The notes: generated by a model from the sequence alone, not told the origin. Shown: positions 18,540 to 33,086, numbered from the stretch's first letter. The stretch: DNA of 64,000 nt from Bigelowiella natans CCMP2755 (GCA_000320545.1 ADNK01002488.1:1-64000), one strand, 5' to 3'. Made by a program: numbers and translations.

Positions 18540-19160
18540 AAAGGTCTCGGTTGTCCGAACTGGGGCTCCGACACCCCAGCCGGGGGCCTCCCCTTAATCA
18601 TAGAAGTCATGAAAACAGGCCCTCTTCATCGACCAACTATGCATACCCAGCGGGTATAACACAGGTGTAGGATGTATCCTACTGATGATAAATATTCGGT
18701 CACCAAACCTCGGAGACAAATGAAAAACAACCTCCTCGCATCTAGACTTCCAGGCCAGTAATTCGAGGAGATTCTTGGGTTTTCGGGGTGTTCATGGTGA
18801 ATCTGCAGCAAATCGAAGGGCGTCAGCTCAGGGAGACATGGAACGCCGGATTGCGGCTCGAAGTGGTGTCCGATCATTTGGACGGTTGAAACCACTTCGT
18901 TCATTCATTCATTCGAAGAATGAGCAAAGCAGAGAGCAGTGGGCGCAGGAGGCTTGGTTCTTCCTCTGATTCGTTGCGAATGGGCGACATGCCGCTTCGA
19001 AAGCAAAAAAACACGTTGCGACGTAACGCAAGAAGTGGAGCTTTCACTCGACTGGCATTCCGAGCTAGCGAGCCATTCGAAGTTCCACGGAGGTGAGCAT
19101 TGGCACAGGTGTCATCACGACCCTCTCACCAGCTCCATTGAAACAGCTTCATTTACTCAT
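18540..19160 (+). ncRNA. Candidate structured non-coding RNA or small-RNA cluster
   Basis: At least seven visible hairpins and no convincing ORF. Sits in the slot divergent from the GT10 gene and upstream of a CTAG spacer. No Rfam-type motif recognised; strand inferred from the layout. Confidence 0.25.
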
Positions 19161-19189
19161 TGAATCTGGCCTCCGTTGTGTTCCAACTG

Positions 19190-19800
19190 GTCTAGCTAGC
19201 TCTAGAGCTAGTCTAGCAGTGGTGGCGCGAGCACTCCCACGTCGTCTAGACGTCCACCTAGCTAGCCACTTCGCACTCACAAGCTAGCAAGCTCCAGAGC
19301 TCGCATTGCGACCGCGAACGCTGCAAGTGGCAGCTGTGCCATTTGTCGCTGTCGATGCCGTGCATGTCATCACGCACGTCATCAGCGCCAGAGCGTTCCA
19401 GCCGTTGCACACACCGCTAGATCAAGTTGCACGATCGATGATTGCGATGTCTAGACGTGTCGCGATCAGTAAATCTAGAAATCTGTGTTGTATATGCCAT
19501 GAGCACCGCTAGACCACTGCAAGCTTGCGTCAGTCTGCAACGCACTGGTCGCACCACTGGATCGATCGGGCAAAATGAGAATGAAGTTCTCACATGAGAA
19601 ACGCACATGCTAGCATGCTAGCACGTGTGCTCGAGAACCCAAACTCATCGCATGACCCCTGCTAGCCTGTGGTCTGAATGATGTGAACGCATGTCTAGAC
19701 TTGTGCCGTCGTACGATGCGGTTATGCGGTACACGACACTGAGTGCGTACACTTTCATCGCACATGTGTGCTAGCGTGGTGCAATGCCGTGTCCATTGTC
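19190..19800. other. CTAG/CATG-rich spacer 3 (3' of 2OG oxygenase)
   Basis: TCTAGCTAGCTCTAGAGCTAGTCTAGC and GCTAGCATGCTAGC, among others. Confidence 0.7.
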
Positions 19801-19882
19801 ATGCACGGATGGGTTACGTTGCGTGTGTGCAACAACATGGTGCACTAAAACTACATCATGGGATCCACAATGGACGGAACCA

Positions 19883-20522
19883 TCAATTCTTTTTTCGAGC
19901 ATCTGGTTTTTTTCCCTTCCTATTTCTAGCCTCATCCTTCTGCAGTTGTTGACACTTCTCGCTCTGCTTATTCTCATCAAACTGGTTGTTCCATCCCCAA
20001 GCAATGATGCTGATGCGTCCTTGATTGTGCTGCTTCTGGGGAGGAATTGGTACGATGCTGAAAGCATTAAGAGTGAAGAGTAATGAGCACAGAATAGGTG
20101 AACATGTAATTTAAAGGCCACATCACAGTTACTGCACAAAATCATCGGAGACACGATTCTAAGCCCAAGAATATTTTGAGTCAATGATTTAATATCGTTG
20201 GTTGTATTTTGACACGCTGCTAAATTGCGATGACACACCCATGCTTCCACGCGATATTTACATCACGGCCGAACGCGTACAAAGTGCCATTAGGCAATGG
20301 AATGTTGATGGTGCTCCCACCCTTGGCATGTAAGAAGGATACCTGCCCAAAATGTTTATTCGGCATGCGGTGAGAACTATCAACACTACAAGTGTACGAA
20401 CCATGCGTACACGTTTTCCCGCAGAAATAATGCTGATCTCACTCCTCGACAGGGTGTCAGAAAACCAAATCCAGTGGTGGTGAATTTCTAGGAATTCTTC
20501 TTAGCACACAACACTTTTACAT

Positions 20523-20564
<42 letters not shown>

Positions 20565-21959
20565 TGTGTATATATTATATATATGGTACTAACTTCGCGC
20601 TCATTTCCAAATGAAATAGCCACAGTAAGATTCTGTGGACAATTTGGTGTGAAAGCGGCTCGGTCATGGTGGTAGGGTTTCCATTCCAACGAATTTCGGT
20701 ACCAATTGAATCTGCGTTAGAAGACAACGGTTGGGGGGGGCTTAGTAGTTCATCGAGACTTGTGCATGTATTTTATTTGTTATCGATATGTTACTACGCG
20801 TTGTCATACCCTGTGCATATCTTATGAATCTATGAATTTCCCTCTATTATTGTGTCTATCCCGCGCGCGTGTGTGTGGGGGGGGGAATGACACGCCGAAC
20901 AACTGACCGTGTTGCCTTGATGTCCATGTCGAAATATTTGGAGATCTTAGCTACTACTTTCTGTAGGAGCAAATAAAAATTGCGGCATGAAGTAAGCAAG
21001 GTTAGCTTTGGAGAAATTAAGTGAATGCATGGCATCGGCACGCGCATGCAGAGAGATTGTGAGTTGGGGGTGGGGGAAGAGATGTTTTCAATTTAAAAAT
21101 GACACATTTTCCCTTGCTACTAGGGATTGGTTTCGCTTAAGAAATATATAAAACTGTAAAAAAAGAAAAGACAAACCTGAAAAGTAGGCGATTGGTTCTT
21201 CCACCTACCCCCCATCTTTTTATCGTCCGCAATCATGTGAGAGTCGCCATGCCAGAGGGTAAAGAGCCTGTCTTTCCCAGCTCGTTTGAGCTCTGTTAAC
21301 AGATCTTCGTAAGCGCTTTGGTCCGCCTCGTTACAAAAGAAGTCTCGAACAACCACAACATCGTTCACCGTGTAGGATCTTCCGAACTTCTCGCTCTTTT
21401 CCCCCACAATGAGGCGGAGGGACGGGGGCGCATAGCAAGGCTGAAAGCTCTCAGTGTTCTTTGGTTTGCTTCTCCTATTTTTCCCTTTTGTTTTATTGCG
21501 TTGCTGTCGTTGCTTGTGTTTGCTGTGGCGGGCATTGTTCTCATTTTCCAGGGTAGTTGGGCGAATCTTGTGATTGTGGTTGTGGGATGGGGCCGGAATG
21601 GGTTCCTCCCCCTTTCTTCTGCAATAATAGAATCAAGCAAGGCAAGCAAAAATGAGTTGTGTTCATCATTGGTATATGATCATCGAACTGTGAGGTTAAA
21701 ATCTTTACTTTGCATCCGTTCGTGCATTATCGGGGACTCTCGATGCTGCAGAACGTCTTGGGGCGGCTTTCGGGGGCGTTCCTGGGCACGGTTGCTGTGA
21801 TTGCACCTTGGGTCTCCATTTTCTGCTGTTCAAAGAAGTTGCTTCTTGTGATTCGGAGACTTTGTTCAGAATTTTGGACTGATTATGAGGCCGCTGTTTG
21901 AAAGTCTTCGAGATAGGCGGGGAAGCCTCTCCCTCGTTGCCTCGTCGATGCACCTTCAT
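19883..21959 (-). CDS. AlkB-like 2OG-Fe(II) dioxygenase with a basic disordered N-terminus
   Basis: Spliced: KNTESFQP..DVVVVRDFF..LWHGDSHMIADD..FDMDIKATR/FNWYRNSLEWKPYHHDRAA..QNLTVAISFGNERE/VSFLH..PLPNGTLYAFGRDVNIAWKHG/IVP..GRISIIAWG. Shows the NxY, HxD...H and RxS 2OG-oxygenase motifs. Confidence 0.8.
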
Positions 21960-22711
21960 GAGTGGGAAAATAAATAGTTAGTCGCACACATTCACTTCAC
22001 GATCCCAAATGTGGTTATATGAAAGGTGGAAACTTGTGAGAAGAGGGGGGGGGCGGGGATAATGGAGGAAGAACCGGAACGTAGAAGCGAGTCGATGCCA
22101 TTGGGTTTATCAGAATGAGCGCACGTCGGCACTAGCAACAAATGTAGGCCATTTTATCCCATATAACCAGTCTTACACCTGTCTCTCGGAAAAACATGAA
22201 AAGCCTGATTTTGCGCGCGAAAGTGTTTTTAATCGAGGAGAGCATGCGACAGCAGGTTTTTGGGCTGTGCCTCGGTGAAGACTGCAAAACCCAATTTCTC
22301 CAACTTCGAAAGATATTTCCCGAAGAACGGCCTGGTTTTCTCCCGTGATTTGCGGAGATTCCCAGATTCCACCGGGATTGCTTCGTCAAGTCCCAAGAGA
22401 AGCAGTATTTGAACACAAGCACACCACCCCCTTTCCCTTCCTCTTTTCGAGTCATAGCATCTGGACATTGAATCGGGGGAAACCCGGAGGAAATCGGAAA
22501 GGAACCCAAAGAGGTTTGGAAATTTAGGCGATAAATTCTGAAAGAGGTCAAACGCGCCATTTCCCAACCAACAGAATAATCGCCAGCAACAAGGTTCGAT
22601 TGATCATTTCGAAAAGCTATGGCATCTAGCTTAACTTGATTTAGTCGGAGCTAATCCAAAATGTATATTTTACTCAGAGACTAAATCTTAAATGTGCACT
22701 TAGGTAAGACA

Positions 22712-23423
22712 ATGGGGTGCCAGGGCTCGTGCTTCCCGAACATATTAGGAATGGATTCTCTGCAGACTCTCTCGGCATACAATAATGGCGTGTACCAACG
22801 GATGTCTCCGCCACCATTCCAACGGAGAGGAAGAGTAAAAATCTCTCTACGCGAGAAAAAAGAGAGCAGCGTGCACTGGGTACGCTACACCAACGAGGAT
22901 GGAATCCCCTACTATTTCGATACGACAACTGGAACGTCTCAATGGACCCAACCGTCATCACCTGTAGTTGTAGGGAATTCGGTTGGGCGGATGGAAAAAT
23001 CTCTGCGGGAAGTATTCAATGAGTCACAAGAGGACCTCCGAGATAGGATGTACGATACTGAGTGGGTGCGGTTTGTAGATGAGAGCACGAAGGTGGAATA
23101 CTTCAAAAACATCCGTACAGGTAAAGTCATCTCGTGTACATTAAAAACTGTTGCATTGGGTAAGATATTCGGTGCTAATGATGAGAACGTTGGTATATCC
23201 AGTTTGACTTCCCTAACCCCAATATTACATAGGCCGCACAACTTGGGAAAGACCTAATCACTTTGCTACAAACGAAGAAGATTTGTACAGTTTTCAAAGA
23301 GCGAAGCAGCAGTACCTACCCACCGAGTCACCAATTTCACCGAAGTTCCACGATTCCGTATCGAGCCCAATCCCATTCAGCGCTTTCACGTCTTGGTCGT
23401 CTTATCAGGGAGAGCACCAATAA
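22712..23423 (+). CDS. Two-WW-domain protein with an N-terminal myristoylation/palmitoylation-like motif (2 exons)
   Basis: MGCQGSC start. WW1 WVRYTNEDGIPYYFDTTTGTSQWTQP; WW2 WVRFVDESTKVEYFKNIRTG/RTTWERP across a GT-AG intron at about 23121-23232. Confidence 0.78.
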
Positions 23424-23779
23424 ATCAAAAAAGAATAGCGATATAACCCCTTTTTTGGAATAGCGCATATTAGCTAATATAGATTCCTCATCTCTCTCTC
23501 CTGCTCTATTTCCACTTTTCGGAGGAGATAAATACCGAGATCCGAATACCATAATGAAATCAGAGCGCGCCAAATCATATTCGGCTTCCCTACCACCTGG
23601 GAGATGTAAACAATAGCGGCATATGCCTCGTCGAATTTAGCATTTACTGGCGTCATCATTTCCCAGTTCGATATTGAAACTTAATGTTAGAGAGGCCATA
23701 CCACTGAAACAAGCGGACTCAACTTAATAATGTAAACGTTTATTACAGCACTTTATCCTATAATTACGTAAGTGCTGGT

Positions 23780-24720
23780 GTCTATCAGCAACGTATATCT
23801 AGATATAGCTATAGCAATGATAGTCTAGCTTTATATATGCACACATATACACATATGTATGCATAGGCCTATACAGACTATGCCTGAATAAACGAGTCAA
23901 ATGAGCTAGCGGTGGCACGTAATAGAATTTTGGGCGACCACACTGCTAGCTGTACACATGTTAGCTTGTTAGGCACACTTTGCACAAGCATGGATCATCA
24001 TGCAATAGCATGGCACTAGTGACTAGATTATAGATGACTAGCTGCTTTGCTAGTTTGTGCAGCCTAGCAGTGTTAGATGAGATGCACCGAACTTGCAAGC
24101 TCCACTAGCTAAATGACAGTCTAGCAGTCCAGACTATAAGACAAGCTAGCAAGCTGCAATCCTCAGCTGTCAGCTGTCTGAAATTTAGGAGACTGCATGA
24201 CCATGCTAGCAGCATGCACGCTGCATGCTAGCTACATGTAGCTGCTAGCACTATAGAGCATATCAAAATGCACCACACTAGCACATATTTTTTCTAACTA
24301 GATAGCAGTCTAGCAGTTAATGTCTAGCTAGGCTAGCTAGATATCTCTAGATCTGGTATGTGCTGCTAACATGTGTTAGCTAGCTAGTGTGCGTGATGCA
24401 CCGTGCTCGCGTAGCGAGGTTACGAAAACCTAGCTAGCTAGCTAGGCTAGCTAGTGAAGCTGGGTTGTCTCTGTCTCTCGCTTGCAGCTTGTTTTAGTTG
24501 TGGATGCTAGGATGTCTAGCTAGCTAGCTAGCTAGACATTGGCGATGAGCAGCACGCTGTTCGTTCACACATGCTAGCATGCCCAGCTAGCCAGGCTAGC
24601 AGACGCGCTAAATCGATTCGTCATGCTAGTATGTCCAGCAGAAGGTGCGATGATAGACACCACATAATACAGAATTACTGTGTGTCTATCAGTGCGCATT
24701 TAGCTCTGGAGCTCATGCTT
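23780..24720. other. CTAG-saturated tail-to-tail spacer 4
   Basis: About 40 CTAG by hand count in ~850 bp, including (CTAG)n runs at about 24430 and 24517. Confidence 0.8.
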
Positions 24721-24980
24721 CATGCCACATTCAGCGCAGAGCAAGCTCTCTCTCGTGCTTCACAGTAAAGTCGCGAGTGGAGTGCCGACACGCATGTAAC
24801 GCCTTTTGTATGGCATAGCGATCGCGCGTACAGCCTGGCACGTCTGGAAGTGATTGTTGTCAACCTAGCAGAAGGATGGATGGAAATCACAGAGAAACTG
24901 AGTCTATTTTTATGACTTTCCCAATCGTAAACGGGACCTAGCATAACGCCCTCCAACCCCAAATACATCCTTTGTTCTCT

Positions 24981-26785
<1,805 letters not shown>

Positions 26786-27485
26786 TATATTTCCTCTCTA
26801 ATTCCTGATAGCCAGGGGCAATAATGGTTATTTAAGATTTGTTCCTTCGGCGTTTAAGTGCCGAGTGCAAAGTGTCGAAAGCTAACTGGTTTAAGCATCA
26901 ATGGACGATTGAACGCCGAAAGTGCTCCGGCGAAAACTTTGATGATTAATCCCTTCTCGATTCAGTGATAGGTCTAGGGAGCATTACTACACCTAATAAG
27001 GTCTACCGTACTCTTTTTAAAAAATGAATTCAGTGACCCTGTTTTGGAGAAGACTCTCTTGCTTTTGCGAACGCTGTTGCAGGAAAGCTCCTCGAACGAG
27101 GTAGGGTGCGCGCGTATTTCAGATTTGGACTTTCACAATTTCTTATTCTTTAACATGCAATTATATGGTATTTTTGGTCATTTACCTTGTCGTTATTATA
27201 ATTGAAATGGTATTTACCTATTTTCATTATCTTAAAAGGGAAAGGCCAAGGTTACAATTGCTCCCTTCGAAGTTTTCAGCGCAAGAAAATGTCCAACACC
27301 AAGCCACAGCCCGCTACGAGCTGTACCTCCAAATGACCTAATTGATGGCTATTTTTGCGGTACGACATCGATCCATTTCTTTTAGCCAGAAAGGCCTGCA
27401 AAAGTGGCCGATTTTGAAGCAGCGACAAGTAACATCATCGGAGAAATTGCCCATTGCTAACTTCCGCTCATAATCGAGCGACGAC

Positions 27486-28494
27486 ATGTCTGCGAGGAAC
27501 AGCGCCCCTCCCCCTCCAGAGGGATCGCAGGCCGCCTCCGTGCCTAGGAAAACCACATATGAGGAGACCGACGATCTCTTCATAAGCAATGTGGATATTA
27601 AGGCTGCTGTAGGCGATGGCGATCCAAAAAAAATGGGACCGGAGAAGGTCCTGGAGCTGTTCTTGCCATACGGCGGCGCTACGAGCCTGAAGAGGGTCAA
27701 ATCGAAATGGTCTAAATTAGAGAGATTTCGCATCGTTTTGAAAGATCCTTCGCGTGGAAATGATGCCATCAAGGATTTGGACGGATCTGAGGTGTTTGGG
27801 CGAACGATTCGCCTGTCGAGATGGAGGAACATAAAGAAATCCGGGGGTGCTGCAGCAAGTAATAGCAGTAGCAAAAAGTCAAAGAATAGCAGAAATAATA
27901 GTACAGGAGGAAACCATCAGTCTGGTAATTACCAAAATGGTGGGTTGCAAAATGCCAATTCGAATGGACAATTAGAACCTGCATGGTATCCTCCGGGTGC
28001 AGAAGCAAAGAACATGAGGCAAAGGCCACAACTCTTTGCAGACGAGTTTGACACGTCCTTCCATGTGCCACAGAGGTAGCTTCGCTTTGCTATATTTCTC
28101 ATTGTTGGCGCCGCTAGGATCTTTTTAGCTGACTCGCATCTCGTTCTATGATGATTACGTTCAAATTTTAACTCTCTTGCTGAATTGTCTTGATGAGTAA
28201 TCAACGCTGCGTTCTTTCTGAGGCGAAGAGTCGGCCCTTTTTTTTCCCACAACTACAATGGCGCTGCTCCATATCGCAGATCACAAGAGTTCTTGTTTCT
28301 AATGTTTCGAATCGCATCACCCGATTCTATCATACCCAGGATTGCCAACGTACCGAACGAACTCATAGCCGCTGTCAACGACTTTCATTTTGCTATGATG
28401 AACGATCTGCCGCGAAACGAGGTGGATATATATAACCTATACGCTAAATCATTATGAGGAGCAAAGGAGGGAGTTAGAGGGAGACAGGCGCCGG

Positions 28495-28537
<43 letters not shown>

Positions 28538-29117
28538 GGGGGGGGTTACGATTTGTTGATATTCTAATGTTCCTTTTTACTACATATATCAGTTTTACCG
28601 GGCCGCGCTTCTGGACGTTGTGAGTGAAGACACAACGATAGTGGAGATCGGTCTGGGGTAATTTTACCTTCGCCAGTGTCGTGCGTGCCCCCACTTTCCC
28701 ATGAAGATGGCCAATTAATGAACTTTGCGTGTGCCGTTTTTTTGGCAGGTCGGGACTATTATCACTGATCTGCGCTCAGCTGGGCGCGAAACACGTCACG
28801 GGAATAGAGGTAACTAATGTCGAGACGCCGCCATCTTATACTTGCCATCGACATCTCGCCTTAAGATTATCATCACATCGTGTGAACGATGAAATAAACA
28901 GGCAAGTAAGCCGCTAGCCCGTTTAGCTCAGAGGAACATCCATACGAACGGATTCGCAGATAAGGTGAAAGAACAACAATAACAACAACAACAACAACAA
29001 CAACAGAACATTCAAAGAGCAGTTCGGCTGCTTTTGTTGTTGCAATATCTGAGGATGAGAAGTGGTTTGAGAGCGACCATGACGGATGTGCATTGCCATG
29101 CTACACTTCCTTCAACG

Positions 29118-29157
<40 letters not shown>

Positions 29158-29426
29158 TGATTCATGAGCAGAAAGCAAACTGCCAAATGTCATCATCCTC
29201 CGCGACTGACGGAACACCTTGGTGCTGTTTGTTTACTGGTGATGGTATGGTGTAAACCTACAGATTAGCGTGATCAATGGAATGTCGACCGCCGTAGCGC
29301 CAAAGCATTTGAAGCACGGGCCTGTGGACATCCTGCTGTCGGAGATCCTTGGGTACGGTGTACGTGTACTCGTATCACGTGTGATTGTTGGCTTTTTCTA
29401 ATCGAGTCGTAACAGAAAGAGACCTC

Positions 29427-29477
<51 letters not shown>

Positions 29478-29874
29478 TGCTCTCTTGCCAGTATCACGCG
29501 TAGCAGTTGCCACGCATGCATGTGCATGTACACATATGGGTGTTTAACATGTTCGTGAGCTACCTCTGCTACTGTACGATTAGGACGCTTCTCTTGTCCG
29601 AAAACGCCTTAGAATTCAACGAAGATGCAAAAAGGTGGTGGTAGTGGTAGTGGTAGTTGTAGTAGTTGTAGCAGTTGTAGTAGCAGTAGCATGTAATACT
29701 ACTGATTAATTGCCTTGCTCGCTAGATCTCACCACCATTGCCACGTTGTGCGTTCTCGCCATTCGTCCCAACCCCAAAGGGTGAAATTGAGTCGTCGTTG
29801 TCGTCGACATCATCGCTCAGGTTAATGAAGCCTGGTGGCCATGTGATACCGAGACTGGGAATGCAGGTACACAT

Positions 29875-29914
<40 letters not shown>

Positions 29915-30337
29915 TTCATACACATATGTTTAATTAGTTTGTGTATTTGTGCGTGTACGTGATTTACTTATTCATTGCGATGACGACTGCGAGGGTCGTC
30001 GCTAATATAGCAACACGGCATCTGCATTTGTTCTATTCCCGTTTTGCCGCTCGTTTGCCGCCTTCCTCCCCCTCCTCCTCCTCCCCCTCCCCTCTCCCTC
30101 CTCTCTGTTCTCACGCAAAGCCCTCTACCCGGCCACTCACACATAATTACAGTTCGTGACACTCATAGAGTCGGAGAAGCTCGATTTAATAACCGGGTAG
30201 GTGGTGAGTAAGGGAATTGCTTGCTTCTTCTCCTCCATCATAGTAGCAGCATACTCCTACACATTATGATGGATGTTATTGGTAATGCTGTTTGAGCAGT
30301 GAATAGTGTTTGCGGCTCTGACCCGACGGCTTAGTAA

Positions 30338-30385
<48 letters not shown>

Positions 30386-30580
30386 CTACACACCAGTTTA
30401 TGGTATTCTGGCTAATTTGCTTCTTTCATGCTGCTCCTGCTGCTGCTACTGGCCCGTTGTTGCTGCTGTTGTTGTTTATTTCCCACAGAGCTCGCAAGTG
30501 GCGAGGGTTGGATTTCCGGAATTTCAATCAGTTGAAAGACACGGTGAGAGCAGGAGGGAGGGGAGGGAGGGAGGGAGAGA

Positions 30581-30626
<46 letters not shown>

Positions 30627-30785
30627 AAGGGGGCGTTTGTTGAGAGCATGCATCGAGCGGGAGATACTGAATACGAAGGACCAAATCAATCACCATCTCG
30701 GTCCCTTCCCTTCCGAATTCTAAAGGCGGAACGATGAGACTCGAAGAGATAGATGACGGTGCGTTGTTTATCACTGAGCCTCGGT

Positions 30786-30822
<37 letters not shown>

Positions 30823-31090
30823 TTCTTGCTGCTGTGTGTTGGTAGGCAAGCCTTCTCTTCACCAAGGAGTTAGGGTGCAGGCTCTGCACATTAGACCCTA
30901 CTAATATGTCTGAAAGACTCCCCGTTATTGAGGTAGCGATGATGAGAGACGACGACGACGACAACGAGAAACTAGTTGCAATCATCACCATGATTATGAT
31001 AGTCATCAATTATGGGAAACTTGAACCGACCCTATGATGATTAATGTCTTGCTGCTTCTCTGCATACCGTGTACATGTTGTGCTCACTAC

Positions 31091-31126
<36 letters not shown>

Positions 31127-31190
31127 TTCTCTCTTTCTATCTGTCTCTCTCATGTTCACTTATTCTCCTGTCCCTCATCATCATCATCTT

Positions 31191-31221
<31 letters not shown>

Positions 31222-32454
31222 TGCTACTGCTGCTTCGTCGTTGTCGTCGTCTCTCTCGTCGATCCAACCAGGTTGATTTCGCCAAGGACCACGTCGGAAA
31301 CATAGGAAATACTAAGAGAATACGAACACGAGCTTTGAAGGACGGCATCATACACGCTGCTGTGTTTTCGTGGGAAGTTTATTCTGGTAATAGTAGCAGT
31401 AGAAGAAGAAAATTGGATGTCTATATGCGAAGCAATTTTTGAGAGAGAATGTGATAAAGCTCGTTTTCCCAATCATGCCCCTTTTCCTCCTCCCCCTCCT
31501 CATCCCCCTCCTCCTTTCTATCTTCGTAATCTGCGATGACTATTCTTCCAGGCCTGGACAAGAAGCACAAGATGTCAACTCACTACGAAGATACAGTCGA
31601 GAATTTCCAAAGGGATATGCAGGTGTGTGTGGCGATGTGATGATTTCGAAGCTGCTGCTGCTGCTGCTGCTGCTCCTGCTGCCTAGATTTGTGCGGGCAT
31701 GACTGATGACGACGACGATGATGATGATGATGATGATGATGATGACGACAAAGATATTACATATTTTCGTTTATAACTATCATTTGGTACGCATCGTAAC
31801 GGTCATTGGTGTCATGTTGTCATTTGCTACGTATCGCAACGATCATTGGTGTCATGGCGTTCGTTAGTGGGGCCAGGGCATCCAATTACTGGAGGATCCT
31901 GGTTTGGAAGACACAAAGGTGGGATTGATTTGATTTGATTGATGTGCGGCCTACTTGCAACCGTGTGCGTAGAAGTAGTAGTAGTAGTAGAAGAAGAAGA
32001 AGAAGAAGAAGAAGAAGAAGAAGAACTAACATACCATAGCAAGCTGCGAACGATGGACCGACAAAAGCCAAACTGCAGCCTCTCCTCTAATTATGAAATA
32101 ACCGAGCTCACGAGTGACATAAACGTGGAACGTGGTGTAATTTCATCTATGGCAGGATGCACCATGCCCTCTCCGTGTGAAGAAAGGCGAGGAACTCGTG
32201 ATCGAAGTTCGGATTGCGCAGGAGGTGCGTAGATATGCATTTTGAACAGATCGCCACATGATGGTACCCAAAAAAAGTCATCAGAGGGCCTAATCGTTCC
32301 ATGCTACATTGAATCTCAGGGTGCTATTATGCAATGCCACGTTTATCGGGCCGCTACCATCGATGATCACACCGACGAAAAAGACGACGAGGAGGGCATG
32401 CCGCAGCTGGAGCAAGCAGGGAAACCTTCGTCGGGCGGGGAAGCTGAAAACTGA
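27486..32454 (+). CDS. PRMT7: RRM-fused single-module (kinetoplastid-type) protein arginine methyltransferase 7
   Basis: Exon 1 encodes an RRM (LFISNV...ELFLPYG...AIKDLDGSEVFGRTIRL). Then NDFHFAMMNDLPRNE/FY, IVEIGLG/SGLLSLICAQLGAKHVTGIE, DILLSEILGT/LLLSENAL (double-E loop), LMKPGGHVIPRLGMQ, WRGLDF..LKDT, HAAVFSWEV, MST..ENFQRDMQ/WGQGIQLL. The MQW motif is as in Trypanosoma brucei PRMT7. Confidence 0.85.
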
Positions 32455-33086
32455 AGATCATCTTGACTGTTGATTGAATTTAGTGTGCCATTCATCGTGA
32501 ACTAAACATATAACGTTAATTAAAAGACTGTACGTACAATATCCTTTCATTGGAGGGATTTATATTCGGTGTTTCATCAGAATCTTTCTTTTTTTTTTCG
32601 AATGCATACAGCTAGGCAGGCGCGCCCTGCACTAGTGCACAGCATCACGCACTGCAGCTAACGCTTCTGTGCGAACATTAAGTATATAAAGTATTGGCAT
32701 ATTGAGCATAGCTACAAAAGGATATCTTTCTCTGAGCGCAGAATACATATAAGGCGCTAATAAGATGTGCAACATAAATTAGCTCCATTATTATTATACG
32801 AGTATATATACACACAGCCACGCCACTCAGCGCCATGGTTGCGTTGCTGCGGTTTGCAATGCGGTGCAAATATACAAAAACAACATATATACCGCAGGAT
32901 TTTTAAGACTAATCGAGCTAATATAACATGGCATGGGAAAGAGAATTGACATACTGTGACGCTGTGGGTGTACTCTGACACTTGCTAATGACATGATAGC
33001 TACTACGCAATAATAGAGTTATCACCACTCTTCAAAATTCATTGCTATTCTTGAGTAATCCGCACTGGCATCGGTTGGTTGGAGGG

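Noticed and set aside
18794-19096. ORF with in-frame TGA at 18887 (possible selenoprotein or readthrough)
   Set aside because: No CxxU/UxxC context, no similarity to known selenoproteins and no recognisable SECIS.
28917-28931. GCCCGTTTAGCTCAG resembling a tRNA 5' end/A box
   Set aside because: No anticodon or T arm (no GTTCGA) follows; it is PRMT7 coding sequence (LARLAQRN).
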